From: Candidatus Binatia bacterium
GTDB lineage: Bacteria; Desulfobacterota; Binatia; UBA9968; JAJDTQ01
Direction: 5' to 3'
NCBI GenBank assembly: GCA_963666515.2
Contig: OY762897.2
Span: forward strand, 256,001-320,000
DNA length: 64,000 bases
The position numbers and the translations under genes were made by a program. This document shows, piece after piece, positions 57,997-64,000 of this stretch. Under the pieces are notes generated by a model. It was not told the origin of the DNA. It did no database searches and was given only the letters and a program-made list of their open reading frames with translations. Every line of letters starts with the position of its first letter. Positions within the stretch are counted from its first letter, which is position 1.

Positions 57997-58746
57997 ATGC
58001 GCAGACTCGAAGGCCGGACGGCCATCGTCACCGGAAGCGGCCAGGGAATCGGCGAGGCCATTGCCGTGGCGATGGCGGAAGAGGGCGCGAGCGTGCTGGT
58101 GGCGGAGTTGCGGGAAGATACCGCCAACGCCGTGCAGCGGAAGATCGAGGAGGGCGGCGGCGCCGCTCTCGCCCACGCCACCGACGTATCGCGGGAAGAC
58201 TCCGTCGAGGCCATGGTACAGGCTTGCCTGGACCGTTTCGGCAGCGTCGATATCCTGGTCAACAACGCCGGCATCTATCCCACCAACACGGTTGAAGGGA
58301 TGCCCGAGGACGAATGGGAGCGGGTCATCGGCACCAACCTGTTCGGCACGTTCCTGTGCAGCCGCGCGGTGGCACCGCACATGCTCGCGCAACGGAGCGG
58401 GCGCATCATCAGCATCACCTCCGGCCGGGGGCTCCAGGGGGCCGACAACGGCGCCCACTACGCGGCCTCCAAGGGCGGCATCATCGGTTTCACCAAGAGC
58501 CTGGCCCTGGAGCTGGCGCCCGCCGGCATCGCCGTGAACTGCATCTGCCCGGGCGTGTCGGACACCGCGCAGCCCCGGGGCCACAGAACCGAGGATGAGC
58601 TTTACGCCAGCGCGGCCAGGATCCCGCTGGGGCGCATCGGCCAGCCGCGGGACATGGCCAAGGCGGCCGTCTTCCTCGCCAGCGACCGGGCGAAGTTCGT
58701 CACCGGGCAGACTCTGGTGGTCAACGGCGGCGCGATCATGCAGTAG
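57997..58746 (+). CDS. short-chain dehydrogenase/reductase
   Basis: TGSGQGIG, NNAG, YAASK. Confidence 0.93.
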   Translation: MRRLEGRTAIVTGSGQGIGEAIAVAMAEEGASVLVAELREDTANAVQRKIEEGGGAALAHATDVSREDSVEAMVQACLDRFGSVDILVNNAGIYPTNTVEGMPEDEWERVIGTNLFGTFLCSRAVAPHMLAQRSGRIISITSGRGLQGADNGAHYAASKGGIIGFTKSLALELAPAGIAVNCICPGVSDTAQPRGHRTEDELYASAARIPLGRIGQPRDMAKAAVFLASDRAKFVTGQTLVVNGGAIMQ

Positions 58747-58838
58747 AGTGGCGGAAGGTCCACCGTGTTGGTCAGGGAAATTCCGAGCGGTCGCGGTGAG
58801 CCCTCCGACCAGGGATTCCTCGGAACAAAGGATTCGTG

Positions 58839-59582
58839 ATGGATGCGAAAGTGGTTGTCGTGACCGGCGGCGCCAGCGGCATCGGGCGCGCAACGGTCTT
58901 GCGTTTCAGTGAAGAGGGCTACGTGCCCGTTATCCTCGACCGGGACGCCGAAGCCGGCGCCGCCACCGCGTCGCTTCTCGAGACGAGACAGGTGGAAGGC
59001 CGCTTCATCCAGGCGGACCTGACCCGGAAGCCGGAGGTAGCAGCGGCGTTCGAGCGCATCCTGTCCGCCTGCGGCCGTATCGACGTGCTGGTGAACCTCG
59101 CCGGCGGCACGTTCCACAAGGGCGCGATTCACGAAGTCACCCCCGCGCAGTGGAAGGAGTGCCTCGACTTGAACCTCAAGACCACGTTCCTGTGCTCCCA
59201 GGCTGTCATCGCGCCCATGAAACAGGCAGGGCGGGGGACCATTATCAATACAGCCTCGAACTTCGGCGTCACCGGCGGCGCCGAGCGCACCCACTACGCC
59301 GCCTCCAAAGCCGCCATCATCGCCTTCTCCAAGTCCCTGGCCGCGGAGCTGGCCCCCCACGGCATCCGCGTCAACACCATCGCCCCCGGACTCACCGGCA
59401 CCGACCGCGTGCGCGGCAAGTACGACGAAGCCGAGTGGTCCGCGCTGTCCGGCGCTCTGCCCATGGGACGCGCCGCCATGCCCGAGGAGATCGCCGACGG
59501 CATCTTCTTCCTCGCCGGCGCCGATAGCGACTACGTCACCGGCGCCACCCTGCACGTGAACGGCGGGATGGTGATGCCGTGA
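58839..59582 (+). CDS. short-chain dehydrogenase/reductase
   Basis: TGGASGIG, NLAG, YAASK. Confidence 0.93.
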   Translation: MDAKVVVVTGGASGIGRATVLRFSEEGYVPVILDRDAEAGAATASLLETRQVEGRFIQADLTRKPEVAAAFERILSACGRIDVLVNLAGGTFHKGAIHEVTPAQWKECLDLNLKTTFLCSQAVIAPMKQAGRGTIINTASNFGVTGGAERTHYAASKAAIIAFSKSLAAELAPHGIRVNTIAPGLTGTDRVRGKYDEAEWSALSGALPMGRAAMPEEIADGIFFLAGADSDYVTGATLHVNGGMVMP

Positions 59583-59639
59583 GCGAGGCCGGTAGGCCGG
59601 TTGGGGTCCTGCAAGCCGGGGACGCGCTACGACACGCGC

Positions 59640-59672
59640 TGCTTGCAATGACCCACATGATAGCATTATAAT
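59640..59672 (+). promoter_or_regulatory. promoter with FitA-type operator; likely leaderless transcript
   Basis: TTGCAA-N18-TATAAT ending 6 nt before the ATG; TGCTTGCA-N10-TGATAGCA overlaps it. Confidence 0.6.
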
Positions 59673-59678
59673 ACCGGT

Positions 59679-59912
59679 ATGAGTTCAATACATATTCGTG
59701 CGGTCAACCCTTCGACACTCGACGCGCTGAAACGTCTGGCGCGCACTCATCACCGATCTCTCCAAGGCGAGTTACATGCGATTCTCGAACGAGCCGCACG
59801 TCTGGCCCCGCCGGCCGAGGAAGGTCGGCCGCTCCGCTTGGTGACGGTCAGATCCCGTCATGCGGCATCGTGGAGCAGGGAAGATATCTATGACGACGCT
59901 GGCGGCCGGTGA
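59679..59912 (+). CDS. FitA/Arc-like RHH antitoxin
   Basis: MSSIHIRAV...LKRLA..HHRSLQGELHAILERAA. Confidence 0.85.
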   Translation: MSSIHIRAVNPSTLDALKRLARTHHRSLQGELHAILERAARLAPPAEEGRPLRLVTVRSRHAASWSREDIYDDAGGR

Positions 59913-60372
59913 CATCCTTTTTGTTGACACGAACGTGTTCTTGACCGCGACGGACGCCTCACGGCCACGGCACCGGGATGCGATGAGGCTGTTTGATGAG
60001 GCCTACGCCCAAGGAGTACACCTTGCGGTGAGCGGTCAGATCTTCCGGGAATACCTGGTGGTGGCAACCCGTCCGTCGGAGGCGAACGGCCTCGGTTTGA
60101 ATGTAGGTGATGCGATAGCCAACGTGAACGAGTTCTTGCGCCGGACGCATTCCTACGATGAAACAGAAGAGGTGGCGCGCCGATTGCGCCACCTCGCCGT
60201 GACCTATAGCCTCCACGGCAAGGTGCTCCATGACGCCAATGTCGTCGCCACGATGACAGCCAATGGCATCTCCGTCCTGGTGACGCAGAACCTCGGCGAT
60301 TTTGTCCGGTTCGATGAGATACAGGCCGTCGCTCTGGAAGATGTTTCACTAGGCGGGGGCGTGCATGCCTGA
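59890..60372 (+). CDS. PIN-domain (VapC/FitB) toxin
   Basis: FVDTNVF, QIFREY, HDANVVATM, TQNLGDF. Confidence 0.88.
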   Translation: MTTLAAGDILFVDTNVFLTATDASRPRHRDAMRLFDEAYAQGVHLAVSGQIFREYLVVATRPSEANGLGLNVGDAIANVNEFLRRTHSYDETEEVARRLRHLAVTYSLHGKVLHDANVVATMTANGISVLVTQNLGDFVRFDEIQAVALEDVSLGGGVHA

Positions 60373-61525
60373 GTCGCCACAGTCTCGCTGTTCGGCGCGC
60401 CGCGTCGCCGCCGGCGCTCTTGTCCTGATCCTCGGTTGGTCCGGAATTGCGATTGCGGACACGGTGGAGCGGACCGAGCGCCACACGGTGCGCGTCCGTA
60501 TCCTGACCCGCGGGCTTGAACGCCCGTGGTCGCTGGCATTCCTTCCCGACGGACGGATGCTGGTCACCGAGCGGGCCGGGCGGCTGCGCTATGTCGCGGC
60601 CGACGGAACGCTCGATCCCACACCCATCTCCGGGCTTCCCGAAGCGGTCGCGGAAAGGCGGCAGGGCGGGCTGCACGACGTCGTGCTGCATCCCCGGTTC
60701 CGGGAGAACCGGCTCGTCTATCTTGCCTATGCCGGCAAGGGGGCCGGCGGCTACGGCACCGAGCTGGCCCGCGGCCGGCTCGACGGCCATCGTCTCACCG
60801 GCGTGAAGGTTCTGTTCCGGGCCTTGCCCAAGTCGTTTGGCGGCCGCCACTTCGGCGGCCGGGTGGTGTTCGACGGCAAGGGACACGTGTTCCTGACTCT
60901 GGGAGACCGGGGCAACCGGCCGAGCGCGCAGGACCTCGGCAATCACGCAGGCTCCGTCATCCGCCTCACCGAGGACGGCGGTGTGCCGCGGGACAATCCC
61001 TTCCGGTCGGCGCCGGGTGCGAGGCCGGAGATATACACCCTCGGCAACCGCAACGTGCAGGGCGCGGCCATCCACCCGCGGACCGGCGAGTTGTGGACCC
61101 ACGAGCACGGCCCGAAGGGCGGCGACGAGGTGAACATCATCCGCGCCGGCCTCAACTACGGCTGGCCGGTGATCACCTACGGCAGGAACTACGGCATCGG
61201 CACGCGGATCGGCGAGGGCACCCACAAGGAGGGCATGGCCCAGCCGCTGCACCAGTGGACGCCGTCCATCGCGCCCTCGGGCATGGCCTTCTACGACGGC
61301 GACAAGTTCCCCGGCTGGCGCGGCAACCTGCTGGTGGGCGCGCTCGCCTACCGCCTGTTGTCGCGGCTCGAGCTCGACGGAGAGCGGGTGGTGCGCGAGG
61401 AGCGGATGCTGCAGAGGGTCATCGGCCGCATCCGCGACGTGCGGGTGGGGCCGGACGGCTACGTCTATCTCCTGAGCGATGAGACTAGTGGCGTGATCGC
61501 GCGCCTTGAACCCGCGGGTGGATGA
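60365..61525 (+). CDS. PQQ-dependent sugar dehydrogenase (GSDH/YliI-like)
   Basis: GLERPWSLAFLPDG, HFGGR, GNRNVQG, EHGPKGGDE, NYGWP, SIAPSG, RIRDV. Confidence 0.93.
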   Translation: MPESPQSRCSARRVAAGALVLILGWSGIAIADTVERTERHTVRVRILTRGLERPWSLAFLPDGRMLVTERAGRLRYVAADGTLDPTPISGLPEAVAERRQGGLHDVVLHPRFRENRLVYLAYAGKGAGGYGTELARGRLDGHRLTGVKVLFRALPKSFGGRHFGGRVVFDGKGHVFLTLGDRGNRPSAQDLGNHAGSVIRLTEDGGVPRDNPFRSAPGARPEIYTLGNRNVQGAAIHPRTGELWTHEHGPKGGDEVNIIRAGLNYGWPVITYGRNYGIGTRIGEGTHKEGMAQPLHQWTPSIAPSGMAFYDGDKFPGWRGNLLVGALAYRLLSRLELDGERVVREERMLQRVIGRIRDVRVGPDGYVYLLSDETSGVIARLEPAGG

Positions 61526-61530
61526 TTCAG

Positions 61531-61558
61531 CCTTTCCCTTGAAGCGCCTGTCGAAGGA
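61531..61558. repeat. degenerate copy of the CCTGTCGAAGG repeat family
   Basis: GCCTGTCGAAGGA between convergent genes; complementary to the CCTTCGACAAGG core at 32319. Confidence 0.4.
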
Positions 61559-61588
61559 TGGGCCGCCGCCATGGAACGTCGCCTGCCG

Positions 61589-62875
61589 CTAGTCCGCGTT
61601 CCCCTCCGCCCTCAGCGAATCCAGCGCCTCCTCCACCAGCTTCCGCCGCAGCGCCTTCTCCTCGTCGGGCGGCAGGCTCGCGTCTCCGGCCACGTGGATG
61701 ATGCCGTGGCCCAGCACGACGCGGTTGGAGCCCACCATCTTGGCGATGGGGAGGGCGGAGGTCATCTGCACGACCGGGACGCCGGCCTTTTCCAGCTCGG
61801 TGGTGATCGCAGCGCCGCTGCGGGTGCTGGTGCCTCACGTGGAGGTGAGGATGACGGCGTCCACTCCTTCGCGCTTTACCTTCTCCGCCATCTCACGTCC
61901 CAGGCGCCGGGTGTTGGAAAGGGGGTTGGAAAGGCCGGAGGTGGAGAGGAACTCCCCGTGGATATTGCCGACCGCGCCCTCCTTCTCCAGTTGCCTCAGG
62001 GCGTCCAGCGGCACCAGCCGGTCGGGGTCGGCCTGGACGAAGCGGGGATCGTAGCCGCCGTGGGAGATCTCGTAGTCCTCGCCCGCCAAGTCGTCGTCGT
62101 CCGAGATGTCGTAGGCGCCCCAGCGGGTGGCGGCCATCCCCTCGATGTTGTCCGGGTTGCCCTTGGGAACCAGCCCGCCGTCGGTGATGAGCATCACCTT
62201 GGCCTTGGACAGGTCATCGACTCCCCTGGGTTTGGCCACTGGCTGGAAGGAGGTGACGGGCATCTCGGTGTCGAACGGCTGTCCCTGGACCTTGGCCAGG
62301 ACCATGTCCACCAGCCGCTCGGCCGAGGACCTGTCCACGAACCGGTCGCGTATGAACCCGCGCGCCAGGTAGCCTTCCTCGCCGGGCAGGCCGACGGCTT
62401 CCCCGGCCACGAGTTTCCGCGCCAACCGCGCCATGCGCTCGACCACTTCCTTCATCTTCGCCGCGTTGCGCCCGGAGTCGATGATGTAGAGGGCCTCCCG
62501 GTAGAGGTCCACCCCGGGGTTCTCCTCGTGCATGGCGGTGACCGCGGGTATGCCGAGCTGGGTCTGCACCGCGTTGCAGAGGGCGCCCGCAGCCATGCCG
62601 TAGCGGCCGGCGTCGAAGCACGGGCCGGCCACGAACAGGTCGGCCTCGGCGTCGCGCACCCGCTCCACGACCGCCGCCACCAACTCGTCCTGGTGCTCCA
62701 CCGCGTGGTTGTCGCCACAGATGAGGGTCTTGACCACGGCCGCTCCATCGCCGACGGTCTGTTCCAGCAAACGGCCCGGCCCGACGGCATTCGCGGCCTC
62801 CTGGAGCGGGCTTCCGGCCTGCTCCTCGCCGCCGATCCCTCCAAAGAACTGGTTCAGGTAGTGAACGATCCTCAT
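61589..62875 (-). CDS. glycine/sarcosine/betaine reductase selenoprotein B family (Sec at UGA 61835-61837)
   Basis: RIVHYLNQFFGGIGGEE, ICGDN, AGPCFDAGRYG, GGLVPKGNPD, HGGYD, ILTST-UGA-GTSTRSGA. ORFs 61835..62881 and 61589..61771 join in frame into one GrdB-like protein. Confidence 0.88.
61808..61822 (-). promoter_or_regulatory. candidate bacterial SECIS hairpin
   Basis: mRNA CGCAGC-GGC-GCUGCG starts 12 nt after the UGA; apical loop begins with G. Confidence 0.55.
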
Positions 62876-62900
62876 GGTCATGCCTCCCGACAGAACAATC

Positions 62901-64000
62901 TCAGTAGACCACCGCCCGCAGCCGCGACGCGCCCTGCTGGTTGGTCACGCCCGCCACGTTCATGGCGCCCAGCTCCCGCGCACCGGCCAGAAGCTCGCCG
63001 ATGGCCGGGGTGGCGGCGATCACGCGCCCGGCCGGCGGCACCTCCCATCGGGTGTCGTTGCCGCCGCCGTAGACGATGGCGTTCACCTCCGGGAAGTTGA
63101 ACAGCAGGGCCGACTCGACGCGGCGGTCCCGCGACACGTCCGAGACCATGACCGCGGTGCGGACCCCCTCGGACTCCAGCAGCCGCGCGGTCTCCGCCAG
63201 GTCGGCGTGGGGCACGCCGCCGCCGTACTTGGTGAGCACCGCGGCGTCGGCGTTGAGGGCCCACTTGACCAGCGCCGCGGCCGTGCGGCAGTTGCGGTCC
63301 CGGTCGGTGTTGTCCGATCCGGCGATGCTTGCCACCGTGCCGACGAAGTTCAACTCCCCGGCGTGGTGTCTCCGGTAAAGCTCGGTAATGATGGGATGGT
63401 TCTGGTAGAGGTAGGTCTCTGCGCCCCCCATGGAGGTGTAGTAGGATGTCACCACCGCGCCGTCCAGCCACTCGTCCGGATGCAGCAGCACCGGCAGCAT
63501 CCCGGTGGTGTTGTGTCCGTAGAGCACCGGCTCGTCCAGCTCCGCCTGCCGCTGGCGGGAGAATATCTGCCCCACGTAGGCCACCCGGGGCAGGCCCTGA
63601 CGGCCCGGCGGCCCCGGATTCACCGGCTCGAAGGCGCGGCTTTCCGCGGGTGCGTTCGACGCCGCGGCCTGGGCCAGATGGACCGCGGTCTTGAGTCCCG
63701 CCACCCGCTTCACCCGCTGGGCCGCGGGTCCCTCCCTGCCCGGGGCCATGCGGGGGACGACTACCAGGTGGTGCAGCTTCGAGTAGCAGGAACCCTCCGC
63801 CGCCGGTCCGCTCATCTCCAGGACGCGGCCGATGGAGCCGCGCGACCCGCCGGCCGCGTGCTCGTCGAGGACCGTGACGGCCATGCCCGACAACACGTGG
63901 GTCGTGCCCATGCCCGCGGTCAACGGAGGCCCGAGAATGCCCGGAAAATCGGGGCTGGAGCCGGCCGCCTTGGCCCTGGGCTCGATGATGTCGAACACCG
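62901..64000 (-). CDS. glycine/sarcosine/betaine reductase component B proprotein (GrdE-like), 5' end outside window
   Basis: DIIEPRAK...FPGILG...GTTHVLSG, MSGPAA..YS, LHPDEWLDGAVV, TYLYQNHPII.ELY, KYGGG..HAD. Confidence 0.85.
   Translation of the reverse strand, partial: VFDIIEPRAKAAGSSPDFPGILGPPLTAGMGTTHVLSGMAVTVLDEHAAGGSRGSIGRVLEMSGPAAEGSCYSKLHHLVVVPRMAPGREGPAAQRVKRVAGLKTAVHLAQAAASNAPAESRAFEPVNPGPPGRQGLPRVAYVGQIFSRQRQAELDEPVLYGHNTTGMLPVLLHPDEWLDGAVVTSYYTSMGGAETYLYQNHPIITELYRRHHAGELNFVGTVASIAGSDNTDRDRNCRTAAALVKWALNADAAVLTKYGGGVPHADLAETARLLESEGVRTAVMVSDVSRDRRVESALLFNFPEVNAIVYGGGNDTRWEVPPAGRVIAATPAIGELLAGARELGAMNVAGVTNQQGASRLRAVVY

Noticed and set aside
61589-61771. Separate 60-aa gene, or GrdB as a nonsense pseudogene
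   Set aside because: It is in frame with the upstream ORF, the TGA sits at the family's Sec position, and a hairpin follows; better read as one selenoprotein.

Overview
GC-rich bacterial chromosome segment from a diderm (LolA and TonB genes present). The gene set is compatible with a Deltaproteobacteria/Binatia-like lineage, but that is inference only. Housekeeping blocks are tandem-domain thyX, tkt-tal-rpe, recN-nadK, hemH-plsC-rnj-ftsK-lolA-dksA-proC and xth. Five accessory regions stand out. (1) A nitrogen-centred region at about 14.1-26.0 kb: tRNA-Ala(GGC) sits 14 nt upstream of a circularly permuted ATP-grasp / alpha-E / transglutaminase trio, followed by glnA-amtB, converging on a partner-switching and sensor-kinase operon that has no sigma factor. 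(2) A toxin-antitoxin 'graveyard' at 46.2-49.7 kb with five antitoxins, apparent toxin stubs and other 5' gene stubs, plus one intact Xre/RES pair. (3) An unassigned catabolic operon: amidohydrolase, a GatC-like small protein, an M20 protein with degenerate metal ligands, a split TPP decarboxylase and RidA. (4) A glycine-reductase-B-like selenoprotein with an in-frame UGA, a SECIS-like hairpin and an atypical U-x-x-S-x-x-S motif, beside a GrdE-like subunit lacking the usual cleavage Cys. (5) Two families of REP-like palindromes, twice adjacent to duplicated gene starts. No CRISPR array, integrase or transposase was seen. All calls come from motifs read by eye; no searches were run.
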